This document shows, piece by piece, positions 17,296-32,332 of a stretch of 64,000 nt of DNA; position 1 is the first letter of the stretch; the number at the start of each line of letters is the position of its first letter. The notes under the pieces were generated by a model. It was not told the origin of the DNA, did no database searches, and was given only the letters and a program-made list of their open reading frames with translations. A program made the translations under genes and the position numbers. The stretch lies in NCBI RefSeq assembly GCF_009914755.1, contig NC_060938.1; one strand, 5' to 3'. The stretch is from the human T2T-CHM13v2.0 reference genome, Homo sapiens.

Positions 17296-18103
17296 CTGAA
17301 GAAAACACACAGTGGTAAGTATGTGACAATTCACCCCAATTTCTTAGAAGGAATCATGGCCATTGACTGTTAATGACTCTCGTCACTATCAGGCAAAATT
17401 ATGACTATTGTTACTATATGGGAGCTTTGTTTACATAGGTAATCATCTTTCTAAGGAATTAACTGGCTTCTCACAAGAGCCAAAAAAAAAAAACTTGCCC
17501 CACCTTCTCAATTCCAGGGAAAGTTTCAGCTGAGTTATGTCAAGTTGGTGACAGTAGTTAGCCAGTCCTGAGCCCAGCAAGATAAAAACATCTTGTGCGT
17601 TCTCTGGCACTGTGTAGACACTCAGAACAGCATACCACACCTTCCTTAGTTGTTGCAATGCAGTTTCCATGTCCCTTCCATCAGTAATGACTTTATAAAA
17701 GTAGAAGGCAGTGTCTTTGTCATCTACTTTTTAAATTGCTGATGAGAAGCGACATTCCTCAATATAATTTTGTAAGGTTTCAAACCTTCAGTTAAAAGCA
17801 AAACCTGTGCATGCTTCCTGAGAAGCTGAAAATGAATCCTTCTTTTTAAACTCACAAATAGAAAACAAATGTCTCCAGGCACAGTGCAGTGACTACAGAC
17901 CCTTCAGTTTCTGTGGGTTCACAAGGACCAAGATGACTACAACAGGGAAAGCAGTCACACTTGAGATGTTTATAAGAGGGAATTTTTTTTTATAATCCTA
18001 TTCCTGACAGTAAGTCTATCATACGGATTTCATTTCAGGGATTATTAAGGGTATAGGAATAAACTGTTTCTTTTAAAAGGCCCAGTGTCAAAAGAAGTCT
18101 TAC

Positions 18104-18171
18104 CACAGGAAACAAGGCAAATTTCTGAAGAAAGTCCTGGGATTCATACTGATCAAAGTCACCAAAATCCG
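18104..18171 (-). CDS. PTPN21: PTPN21 coding exon ([23 protein letters not shown])
   Basis: tctatatag|CG GAT ... GTG|gtaaga; 68 nt; FERM QA(D/E)FGD motif. Confidence 0.95.
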
Positions 18172-18857
18172 CTATATAGAATGACAAACATTCACGTTAA
18201 TTATATTTAAATTTCATTGCAAAATATGCACAACAAAATTCAATACGCAGTATATCTAGATGGTATGCTAATATTTCAGAAGTCAAATTTGTTATAGCTA
18301 TATAAAGTATATTTTTAAAGTATCTTTTTAAAAGTGTTAATTAGGCAGATATGAGTCTTGGCTTGGAAAAATGCCTATGAATTAAATAAAAAAACAAGTT
18401 GCAAGCTCTATGTAATATGATCTCATTTTACAGTTAAAATGCAAACAAAACCTACCCTGTAATCATATATGCTTGCTTATGTACAGGAAAATGTCAAGGA
18501 GAAACCAAATTGTCAACAGTACTGATGACCTCTGGGGAATAGACTTAGACCACTTGAATATATTACAGCAAGATATATTTGTGTTGAAATTTTTAATATT
18601 TTTTAAAAAATTGACAATTCAGCAAAATGCTTATGAAAAAGTAATTCTTAAAGCCAAAAGTGATACTTAAGAAAATCTAAAGTACCTTGAAAAGGAATGT
18701 GGCTCCATGTGCATCAGGCATTTGTTTAAAAATGATACATGTCTCCATGCCTTCTTATGGCTGAAGGAGTTTTATTAATAATTATTCTGATTAAATTTCA
18801 CTCCCAAGGCTAAATGCCAGTTATTGTTTGAAATAATGCCCCATCAGAAATCTTCCC

Positions 18858-19150
18858 AGCCAGGCACAGTGGCTCACACCTATAATCCCAGCACTTCAGT
18901 AAGCCAAGGAGGGAGGATAGCTTGAGCCAAAGAGTCTGAGACCAGCCTAGCAACATAGCAAGACCCTATCTCTATAAAAAATTTTAAAAATCAGCCAGGC
19001 ATGGTAGCGCACACCTGTAGTCACAGCTACTTGGGAGGCTCAGGTGGGAGGATCACTTGAGCACAGTAGGTTGTGGCTGCAGTGCGCCACGATCACATCA
19101 CTGCACTCAAGCCTGGGCAACAGAGTAAGACTGTCTCCAAAAAAAGGAAA
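18858..19150 (+). mobile_element. AluJ-like
   Basis: Dimeric Alu. Confidence 0.85.
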
Positions 19151-19168
19151 ATACACACATACATGTAA

Positions 19169-19411
<243 letters not shown>

Positions 19412-19443
19412 TAATTCAGGACAACCATTTAAGAAACCAAACA

Positions 19444-19936
<493 letters not shown>

Positions 19937-20096
19937 AAGAAACCAAACATATGAAGTGTACTTAAACTGTAAGCGAATATAACCTCATCAAACTCACTGA
20001 CTGGCATATCTTTCTTCTTAAAATATGACCTATTAGCAGACAAAGTCTTTGAACTAGATGAATACATAGCATAGTATTAATAAATGTATATGTATA

Positions 20097-20439
20097 TAGT
20101 CATGTGTCAAGGATGGGAATGTGTTGAGAAAGGCATCATCAGATTTTGTCACTGTGCAAACATCAGAGTATACTTACACAAACCTAGGTGGTGCAGCCTA
20201 CTCCACACCTAGGCTATATTGTATAGCCTACTACACACCTAGGCTATATTGTATAACCTATTGCTCATAGAAGCCTATACAGCATGTTACTGTACTGAAT
20301 ACTGTAGGCAACTGTAACACAATGGTATTTGTGTATCTAAACACAGAAAAGGTACGCTAAAAATAGTGTTATAATTTTATGGGACCACTGTCCTATATGA
20401 GGTCTTTTGTTGAACAAAATGTCATTCGGCATATGATTG
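20097..20439 (+). mobile_element. Tigger3a-like DNA transposon
   Basis: tacttacacaaacctag...gcctactacacacctaggctat...tttatgggaccac core; TIR remnants; TA flanks. Confidence 0.8.
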
Positions 20440-20722
20440 TACATATGTGTGTGTATACACACATATATACATACTTCTATTTATTGTACTGTTTGCTCTG
20501 TTGACCTATAACATGATTAACTTCCAGAAGTCTCATATTTCATTGAGGTATTCCAAGTTCATTTTTTCCCAAAAGGAAGCCCCTTAGATAACAGAATATT
20601 TCACTAATATATAAACACTACTAAAGATGTATATAGATAGATAACTTAAAAATCCCTTGCTATTTTGTTGTAACACATTTTAATCTGATAGAACCATTTC
20701 ATTATGAATTGATCTTATTTAC

Positions 20723-20820
20723 CTTGAACAGCTAAGCCTGCTAGCTGAATTGCTTGTTCTAAGGTACAAGGAATACTTCCTTCCAAGATATCTTTCTTCA
20801 GTTGCAGATAATACTGATAC
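20723..20820 (-). CDS. PTPN21: PTPN21 coding exon ([32 protein letters not shown])
   Basis: ttttttatag|G TAT ... CAA G|gtaaat; 98 nt; FERM F2 motif [12 protein letters not shown]. Confidence 0.95.
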
Positions 20821-20950
20821 CTATAAAAAATGTCAGTTGTATAAGGTCAATGTCAATATTATCTCATTGAGATACAATGCATTTAACCATAATTTGGTAG
20901 AGAAGCATAAACCAGTGAAATAAAACCTTAATCCCACATGGTTGTGTGTG

Positions 20951-21250
20951 TTTTTTTTTTTTTTTTTAGATAGGGTCTCCCTTTGTTGCCCAGGCTCGAG
21001 TGCAGTGGCATGATTACTGCTCACTGTAGCGTCAACCTTCCTAAGCTTAGGTGATCCTCCCACCTCAGCCTCCTGAGTAGCTGGGACTACAGGTGCATAC
21101 CACTATGCCTGACAAATTTTTCTATTTTTTACAGAGATGGGAGTTTCACCATGTTGCCCAGGCTGTTCTCTAACTCCTGGGCTCAGGCAATCCTAGTGCT
21201 TGGATTCAAAATGTTGGGACTACGGACATGAACCACCACACAGAGCCCCT
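20951..21250 (-). mobile_element. AluJ-like
   Basis: Dimeric Alu. Confidence 0.85.
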
Positions 21251-22534
21251 AGACAGTTTCAAACAAGGATGAGAAAGTCCTCAACCACATGACACTTACA
21301 CATATTAAAGTATATGTGATGAATTACTTATCCCAGATTATAGTTATTTCAAAATTAAAACGATCCTATAAGACAATTAGTCATCTGCTTCATGCCCTGT
21401 AAAACAGTCCCCACAATTTCTTTTTAGTTGGAGAAATGGAAAGCCAGTGGCTAATCTTTACTTTAAAAACTCTGACTAGTAACTTAGTAATATAAGAGTT
21501 TGCTTACCTTGTTTGGTAGAAGTTCCCTAGCACTGGAAAGTAAAGCCAGAGAAAAATGGTTTCTGATATTTCAGACCAGGCTGATATTAAAATGTTTCTG
21601 ATGAAATCCCTCAAAACAGCTGTTAAGATGCTTTCTTAATATCTGGTAATGTGGGTTTACTTCTGTTTACCACCCTGTTTGTACTTTCAATATATAGGGC
21701 ATCAGTTACCAGAACAAGGTTTAGAGTCAAGTAGACCTGAACTCTCCAAATTAGTATTCTGCACGAACTTGGGCAAGTCATAATCTGGTGAATTTAAATT
21801 CTATCACCAGTAAAATGAGGGTACCATCACCCCTTCACAGGACTGAACATACTCAAATAATAATATATGTGAAGGACCAAGAGCATAGCCGGCTAACAGC
21901 AGCTCTTATCAATCACGTACTTGAAGCCACTCACTTCTCCATTTTGATAAAGCTCTAGAGTGAAGATTTACTACTTCCTTTTATTTATTTTCTCAACAGG
22001 TAATTACTGGGGTCTATTATATGTTAAGCATTATTCTAGATGCTGGGGATACCGTACTAAATGGAAATCACAGACACTCTGCCAGTGCAGTCTATGGAGC
22101 CATCTGGAATCCAAACTGTCCTCCGTATCTGGTGCCTGTGAAGTGCAACCCAGTTACAGTTCATGTTTGAATTCCTCTGACAGCCCACCCCTTTAATCAT
22201 TTCATATGAGTCTTTATCATCTTATTTCAGCCACAGACATGTAAACCTCTGTTCTTTATTACCAAAGAACCTGACCAAAACACCATCCATTCAAGTAAGA
22301 AGAATTTGGATCCAGCTTTTCTCCTTCCACCTGCTAACAGCCAAACCCATGGATTTCCCTCTATAGCTAATGGGATGCTGGCAGTTCTGGGATCCACCAA
22401 AGAGAAAAACTTGAGATTTTCTATATGGCAGCTCCTTTCAGAAGCTTATCTGAGGGAGAGCGTGTTTAGGGAAGTCTGTCTATTGAACATGCTATTCACA
22501 TATTCCATTCTAAATATTCTAGGACTTTTCCTTA

Positions 22535-22918
<384 letters not shown>

Positions 22919-23389
22919 TTATACTGTTATGAGAATTGACTCTTCCATATTTGCTCTAACTTATTCATTTCTGGTTCAATGTCTTATATAAAAAATCACA
23001 CCTCAAAGTTTCTGTTTAAATGCTATACCAGGAAAATGTATCATGCTTGCAAACAGGTATGCTTCTTTGTGTTACATAATGAATGATGGAACTCGTATTT
23101 CTTCTTTTGCTTTGGCTGCCATTAAGCTCACAGCTAAAATCCAGGCATAATCGCACTCATTACTATCCCTCTTAATTGCTTTCTCCACTATTTAATAATA
23201 GTTACCTTTAAGTGATGAAGAGCTGGAGCTCAGAGATTAAGCAACATGCTCAAATGCACAGAGCCAGACTGAGCTGGAGTTTGAATCCCCAGGTCTCAAT
23301 GACCCAAAGGTCTTGTTCTTAACCACGACAAATCTACAGTTATAGATATTTCTAGTATTTTTATTCATTTAGTATGTTACATGACAGTC

Positions 23390-23630
23390 CACAAAACACA
23401 ATGGTCGAGAGCAAGGACCCAGGAGCCAGCCTGCTTGAGTCCCAGTTCCAGTATATACTAGCAGTGTGACCTTGGGCAAGGTGTTCAACCCTTCTGTGTC
23501 TTGGTTTCCTCATCTACAAAATAGAGATAATAGCACCTACATCACAGGATTTGTTATGAGAATTAAATTAATAAAGTACTTGGGACAGTGTCTAACATAC
23601 AGTAAAAAACATAAGTGGTTGTTATTATAT
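23390..23630 (+). mobile_element. MIR
   Basis: Core gtgtgaccttgggcaag...tttcctcatctacaaaatagagataatag. Confidence 0.7.
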
Positions 23631-23672
23631 GTTATTGTATTATCCCTCAAATACTTTAATGGAAGCAACTAA

Positions 23673-24016
<344 letters not shown>

Positions 24017-24190
24017 TAAATACGTTTTTCTTAAAGAAGTATTTACTGTAGGAGCAGATGGCCAAGAAATTACACTTCAATGACATTATCACTTTCTACT
24101 AAAGTGATTAAAAAAACCTTTTTGCTAAAATTTCTATATATTGGTGGGGCTGAAGATGGCTTATAAATATGTTATTTCAATATTTTTGCA

Positions 24191-24480
24191 GGCCTGCTGC
24201 GGTGGCTCATGCCTGTAATCCCAGCACTTTGGGAGGCTGAGGCAGGTGGATCACGAGGTCAGAAGGTCGAGACCATCCTAGCCAACATGGGGAAACCCCA
24301 TCTCCACTAAAAAATACAAAAATTAGCCGGGCATGGTCGTGGGCACCTGTAATCCCAGCTACTTTGGAGGCTGAGGCAGAATTGCTTGAACCCAGGAGTC
24401 GGATGTTGCAGTGAGCCAAGATAGCGCCACTGCACTCCAGCCTGGCAACCAAGCAACAAGAAGAATGAAATAACAGGAAA
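24191..24480 (+). mobile_element. AluS-like
   Basis: Dimeric Alu. Confidence 0.85.
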
Positions 24481-25405
24481 AAAACAAAGCAGTAATAAAA
24501 TGTAACATGCAGACCTGAATTCAAAACTGTCAGCCAAGGAATAAAAGAAATTGCACGTTTTGATTCAAAAGCAAGTATTCCATAAACTTGCCCGAAAGTC
24601 AAAATATGCTGATTAAATATTTTATCTAAATCTTTATGAAGTTACTGATCAACTTTCCAATATAAAATATTTCATACAATATATGACAATAATTATATAA
24701 TAAATTAGGTGACCCCATTTTGCACAACAGAAATTCCAAATAATGTATGAAGAGGCAGCCTTTTTTCTTCATCTGTTTTTCTTAGACTAGTAATAGAAGG
24801 CAATGTGTAGGCATCGGCATTTTTATTTTTTAAGTTTTATTTTGGAAATTCTGAAACATATGTAGAGACATTAAGTATAGTCACCCCATCTCCTTATCAT
24901 GGTGCCTCACCCATCAACCTTATGCCTACCACGTTTTCTGCATCCATCCTGTCCTTTGCCCCCTCCACCGCCAGTGTTTTACAGCAAATCCCAGACATCG
25001 TGCCACCTGTAAGTACTTCAGTACATATCCCTAAAAGGTAAGCTTTATTTTTTAAAAATGTAACTACATTTTTATCACACCCAACAAAATGAACATCTTC
25101 ATAATACCCAATACCTGATTCATATGCAATTTTCATGATTGCCTCAAAAATGCATTTTTACAATTTTCTTAAATTAGAATCCAAACAAGGTCTACAGATT
25201 ACATTTAATGGATGTTTCTAAATATCTCTTGCTATAAAAAAGAAAGTTTTTATTACCTTTTATTTTCATGTTATTAACAGAAATGGAGCCATTTGTCATG
25301 TAGAATTTCCTGCCTTCTGGACTTTTCTGATTGTAGTCTCATGGGGTCATTTGGCAAGTTTACATGTTCTCACATCTTTCCTGAAAACTAATCATTAGAT
25401 TTAGA

Positions 25406-25600
25406 GCAGCACTGTCTAACAGAACATTCCGCAGTGATAGAAATTATCTATATCTGCACTGCCCAATATAGTAGCCATTAGCCACATGTGGCTATTCAGT
25501 ACCTGAACTGTAGCTAGTGCAAGAAAATTTTTAATTGTATTAATTTTAATTAACTTTAGCCACATGTAGCTAACAACTACCTTACTGAACAGTGCAGACT
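25406..25600. mobile_element. MER3-like hAT-Charlie element
   Basis: gcactgtctaacagaac...tagccacatgtggcta...ctgaacagtgc signature. Confidence 0.7.
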
Positions 25601-25965
25601 GGAAGCTTGCTTTGATACAAGTTCATTTTAGTCATTTTCATCAGTGGTGCCTGGTACTTCCTGATGCATCACATCAGAAGAAATGGTATTTGGTTGTCCC
25701 ACTTACAGTGACGCTGACATTGCCCACTGAGTTCAGATGATGCCAGCCTGTTCCCTTTACCCAAAGGTTTTAGCCAATACTGATGATTGTTACCTCTTTA
25801 TATAGTCTATAAAGAAAAGATAGGATAAACTTACTGCCATTCAGAGTAATGAATTGTACTCTAGTAAGTTTCAAAGGTGAGCAATGAGGTTTTTTTTAAA
25901 GTATTATGAATTCATGAATTTTAAGATATATTTGGTATGTTTTAATCCATGCAGTTGTATTCTTT

Positions 25966-26264
<299 letters not shown>

Positions 26265-26297
26265 CAGTTGTATTCTTTATGATGGTCAAAATTTCCA

Positions 26298-26364
26298 AGC
26301 TTTGTGCAGTGGTAGTATCATAGCCAGTGAGGTTTATCTGAGGCATGATTATCGACAATTGAAA
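26298..26364 (+). pseudogene. U4 snRNA retropseudogene, 3'-truncated (about first 67 nt), tailless
   Basis: agctttgtgcagtggtagtatcatagccagtgaggtttatctgaggcatgattatcgacaattgaaa matches the U4 5' end AGCTTTGCGCAGTGGCAGTATCGTAGCCAATGAGGTTTATCCGAGGCGCGATTATTGCTAATTGAAA, largely with CpG-type transitions; flanking direct repeats caaaatttcc/caaaatgtcc. Confidence 0.9.
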
Positions 26365-27264
26365 CAAAATGTCCTCTTTTGCAAGTAAAAACTCCAGGCA
26401 CCAAAGTGTTTGCTCGCTCTGCCATGTGAGGACCCAGCCAGAAGTTCTGCAAGCCAGGAAGGGAACCCTCATGAGACCTCAACCATGCTCAGATCTCCAA
26501 ACTGAGAAAATACATCAGCTACCCAGTCTATAATATTTTGTTACGGCAGCCCATGCTAAGATATATTTGCAGGTCGTTTTTGCTAGATATATAATCATTG
26601 CCTCATATTTCCTTTCCTTGAGGATGTTAAATGTTACTTTTTTGTCTGTTGGCATGAAGTGTTTTTCCAGAAGTCTGATACCAATCTTATTTTCTTAATT
26701 TTATAACAGTTTTAGTCTGGATGCCCAATTTCTGGTGACTTTGCAGAATGTGTTGGCGCTGATTGCTCTGGACTGACCATACCAGGTACACAGTATGCCT
26801 TTTCAATAGAGAGCTTCAAGTCATTTTCCTTTCAAGGAAGTTTTCAGAATGTGTTATAGCTAGAATATACAATTTGTTATATAGTTTTTGGAATTTGTTC
26901 TTTGCCAATGTTTTGCCTTAGATCATACTGTTAGAAGAATGTTTTGGCTTTTTCCTTTAGGGAATCCTATTACATCTATTTTTTATCTTGTCTTCTATAC
27001 TTTTATAGTTTCTATCATTTCAAAATTTCTAATTGTTTTTGCAGCTATTTTCATATTCACCTGTTACACAGACGAATTATTCCCAAGCTTTTCTAATTCA
27101 GATTTAAATGGTTCTTTCATATCATGTTATTTTCTTAATTTTTTAAGTTCATTTTGTAGTATCAGGTGGCAGTTTTCTGCTGCTTTATGGTCATATTTTT
27201 CTGTTAAGTCTGCACTTTCTGAAGATGTATTATTCAGATTGTTGTTCTCCCCCTTTGTTTTCTT

Positions 27265-27563
<299 letters not shown>

Positions 27564-27989
27564 CTCCCCCTTTGTTTTCTTCCAATATCTTTGAGTGGGT
27601 TTTTTTAGAACACAATTTTTGAGGTATAATTGGCATACGAATAAGCTGTTCAAATTTCAAGTGTACAATTTAGACACATATATATATCCATGAAACCATC
27701 ACTATAAAATGAGGAACATACTGACCAACTGCAAAAGTTTCCTTGCACCCCTCATAATCTTTCTCTCCAATTCCTACCCCATTCCTAGGAAACCACTCAT
27801 CTGCTTTCTGACTATGGATGTAATAGACAGAACTCTGGATATCTTGGACCAAGAGGTAACCTAGTGCATGGGAAGGATGCGCTGAGGATGCTGGAGCACT
27901 AAGAGAAAGTGCGAGCATCCTTGAAGACTCTGTGGAGCTGTCAGACAAGCTCTGCAAGGCTGACTTCTGAACTCTCACAGAAGTCAATG

Positions 27990-28670
27990 ATATTTAGGGT
28001 TTTTGTTATATATAGCTATACTTAATCCTTACCGATACAACTTCTCTATCAGGTGCTCCTATACCTAATCGATGAGCAATCCTATTGATTGACTCTAATA
28101 GGCCCATTCTCTCTCAATCCAGCTAATGCCTTTCTGTTCAGTTCTATATTGTAAACCTATGCCTAGATTATGGCACAGGTATTCCTAAACTGGTGTCCTG
28201 CCTATAGTCTTGCCATCTCTGATCTACCTTCTATGATGGGTGATCTTTGTGAAATGTAAATTTAATGATTCCATTAAATTTGAAAATCTCTTCCTCATTG
28301 TACCATGACTTTATTGCTAATGTCTATTTTTAAAACCTCCTTAGGTAATACCTGAAACTTCCTGAAGACATGTAATCATTTTGATTATTCCCCCTGCTTT
28401 GCAAAAACTATTCCCTCTAGAACATTTCTAAAGTCAATTTAAAAGTCAGTCTCTCTACCTTTCCTGTTCAAGTTCCCCTTGCCCCACCCCTAGGAATCCA
28501 CAGCTTTAATTAAAGCATTTATTATCATAGGATACTGTAACTATTTATATGAACTGCCAATTCCACCAGACTGTGAGCAGCTCCTCCAGGGTGGGATTAA
28601 AGCATATTCACCTCCCACTCTATTCAACACAATTCTTAGAGCATATCTTCAGTAAATGTTTAAATGAGTT
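27990..28670. mobile_element. L2 3' fragment
   Basis: ccaccagactgtgagc...cagtaaatgtttaaatga L2 terminus; approximate. Confidence 0.5.
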
Positions 28671-29891
28671 AAAGTGATCAGTTCAGGCTTTTTCCTTCTG
28701 GCTTCCACTTTTCTCTTCAATATTTCTATCTCAGACTTTTACAGTCAGTTTGTGTTTATCCTACCACTGGATCCTACTGCTTTGACTTTCCATTCTCTCC
28801 TAATCATTAACTGGCAGACTCAAACAGCACTCCACAAACATGGGACAGTACCAGGTTCTTACTATCTGCAAGGCACTGTGTAAGATATCATTAAGTAAAG
28901 CTAAAGAAAACATGGGCTAAAACCTAGGAAAAAGATACACGGACAATCCTAATAACAGGGTATGACAATTACCATCTTAACACAAGTAGAATCAAATTCT
29001 AGGTGGTAAGCCAAAACTCATTCTATCCTGGGGTCATAGATGCTTCATGGAGGAGGTACCTTCTGAACCACAACTCAGGAGGCAAACAGGATTCCAGTAA
29101 ATACATGTGAGAGAAAGATCTAGGACACAAAGATGAAAGGGCGTGCAGCATGTTTCGGGCCCTTGAAGTAGCACAGCTACTTCATTTTTGAACATATTTA
29201 ACGTTCAAAAGTAACATTAAATAGGGTTAAAAAGGTCAGGTAGTGATGGGATTCACAGAACTTTGAAAGGCAGGCTCAAGAACTCAAATTTTATTCCTTT
29301 TTTCATTGTCTTCAGGGGGAAAAAGAATAAGAACACTTAGTTCCTCTATTCTGCTCCTTAATATCATCTTCCCTTTCTGCTTTTGTCCCTATTAAGTGCA
29401 CTTATTGGCCAAAATTTCCTGATCTTAAACACTTCCCTCCCTCTCCTCTGTACTCCCTCCCCAACCGGTCTACAGAATATAGCTAGAGGCAGAGAATTCT
29501 AGGAGCCTTTCAGCACATTTCCTTGAGGAATGAAGACAGATTTTGTAACTAATTTTCTAAAATCTCTTCTCTCCTTTCCTTGTTACAAAAGATCAGAAAC
29601 AAAACAACAAAAACATTAAAGGTAACATCACTACAAGAAGAGTTCACAGAGAGGGTAAATCCATCATTTTTCCCTTTAATTATTCCTTTGTGCCTAGTGA
29701 ACCCATAAGTTACCCAACATGCAGTAAAACACTCTGACATGCCACATATGAGAATCTCTTTGTAACACCGTGGCTAAAAATGTGGGGCGAGAGGGCAAAG
29801 TTTCAAACTTATCTTCTGACTTCAACCTTAGTTTCACTTTTTACATCTCACTAGACTATTTCCTAAAAACAAACGGCATGTAATTTCTCAC

Positions 29892-30061
29892 CTGGTAATC
29901 TCCTGCTGCAGCTGAGAAACTGAAGGCACATAAAACACCACTCCAAAATAGACGGTAGGTTCCAATGCATATTTATCCAGCTGCTTCTTCAAAGGTTTTT
30001 CCAAATCTACCCACCGGCGCTGATTTTGCTTGTTGTAGTACCAGAGGCTGAAGTAAGTGAC
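29892..30061 (-). CDS. PTPN21: PTPN21 coding exon ([57 protein letters not shown])
   Basis: tctttccag|GTC ... ACCAG|gtgaga; 170 nt; FERM F1 motif [12 protein letters not shown]; in frame with the previous exon. Confidence 0.96.
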
Positions 30062-30183
30062 CTGGAAAGACAGAAGGTCATTGAAGGAGGCAATAACATA
30101 CAAAAGGATTTCAATGACTTCAGTCGCAATAATCCCTGACCTGTGACCAAATGACAGCAGTCTCTTATTGCCTTTCTTCTCAG

Positions 30184-31007
30184 AGAAGAACAACAGCAAA
30201 AACTGAAGGAAAAAAAGGAGGTAAGACCTATCTGTAACTAGCTACTCATATTCAGGAAACAGAGGCAAAAACTCAATTGCTCTTGCATATCATTTACTGA
30301 ACTCTGAACCAAAAAAATACATTCACGACCTAGACACTGGAATGTAGTGGCGGCTACTCAATTTTATATGCAGATTTTAACAACAACAAAAATACAGAAG
30401 AATTTATCCTTGGTTTTTCAATTACTAAAACACTAAATTTATCATATATATGTATATATACAGGTGTATATATACATATATATACACATACACACACATA
30501 TGTATATATACATATGTGTGCGTATGTGTATATATGTGTGTATGTGTATATATACTATATATACACGTGTGTATATACTAGTGTATATACACTATATATA
30601 ATGGTATATATATATGTGTACATGTGTATTTATGTGTGTATGTGTATATATAGTGTATATACACTATATATATGGTATATATATGTGTATATGTGTATAT
30701 ATACTATATATACGTGTATGTGTATATATACACCTGTATATATATATGATAAATTTAGTGTTTTAGTAATTGAAAAACCAAGGATAAATTCTTCTGTATT
30801 TTTGTTGTTGTTAAAATCTGCATATAAAATTGAGTAGCCCCCACTACATTCCAGTGTCTAGGTCGTGAATGTATTTTTTTGGTTCAGAGTTCAGTAAATG
30901 ATATGCAAGAGCAATTGAGTTTTTGCCTCTGTTTCCTGAATATGAGTAGCTAGTTACAGATAGGTCTTACCTCCTTTTTTTCCTTCAGTTTTTGCTGTTG
31001 TTCTTCT
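30184..31007. repeat. long near-perfect inverted repeat (arms 30184-30450 / 30741-31007) around a TA/CA/TG microsatellite spacer
   Basis: Base-by-base comparison: 267 bp with one mismatch (30351/30840); extends to 30476/30721 with a 6-nt indel. Confidence 0.97.
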
Positions 31008-31020
31008 GGGCAACAGAGTG

Positions 31021-31572
<552 letters not shown>

Positions 31573-31811
31573 TAATATTTTTAAATAATCATAACTGGGG
31601 TTCTACCCAGTAGAATGCTGAGTAAGCAGTGTTAAACCAACTTTTCACTACTCTTAGTTTTGGTTTCTATAAAAGAAATTATTTCATGTAAGTACCATTT
31701 CTAGTATTCAGATGCAATTCCAACTCTTCTTTATTCCTTTGTCCCCAAAATTTCATTACATGCACATTTAAAACAATTATAATGCTGTGAAGGTGAATTC
31801 TCTCTCTCCCT

Positions 31812-31843
31812 ACACACACACACATACACACACACACACACAC
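31812..31843 (+). repeat. (CA)n microsatellite
   Basis: Direct reading. Confidence 0.9.
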
Positions 31844-32131
31844 AGAGTGCATGAGAAAAGCTATGACTAATGCAGTAAAATAACGTTAGTGTATTACTCA
31901 GAAGTTTAAAGAAAATGCCCAGATGTCTTAGCATTTAGATCTCACTTGCTGTGAAATGAAACTGTTAAGATAAATCAATACTAGCCCTGGGCCTGGTCAA
32001 CCTGAAAGGATATTAATGCACTTATGAGCTGAAATGACAGCCTCAAGCCACTGCTAATACTTGCCTCAAAATCAATCTACAGATTAAGACAATTGGAAAA
32101 TCACTGCTTTGTAGTTGCACACTCCAGAATA

Positions 32132-32332
32132 ACACTGTCCCAACAGAACTTAGTGTGATGATGGAAATTATCTACATCTGCACTGTCCAATAAAGCAGCC
32201 ACTAGCCACATGTGGCTACTGAGTACTTGAAATGTGGTAGTGCCACCAAGGAGCTGTATTTTTAATATTATACAATTTTAATTGACTTAAATAGCTGCAA
32301 GTATCTAGTGGCTACTGTATTGGATAGTATAG
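32132..32332. mobile_element. MER3-like hAT-Charlie element
   Basis: cactgtcccaacagaac...ctagccacatgtggctac...ttggatagt; homologous to 25406-25600. Confidence 0.7.

Noticed and set aside
30184-31007. Interpretation of the inverted repeat as a MITE/DNA transposon or miRNA hairpin
   Set aside because: No TSD or recognisable TIR, arms far too identical for extinct human DNA transposons, and the stem is much longer than a pre-miRNA.
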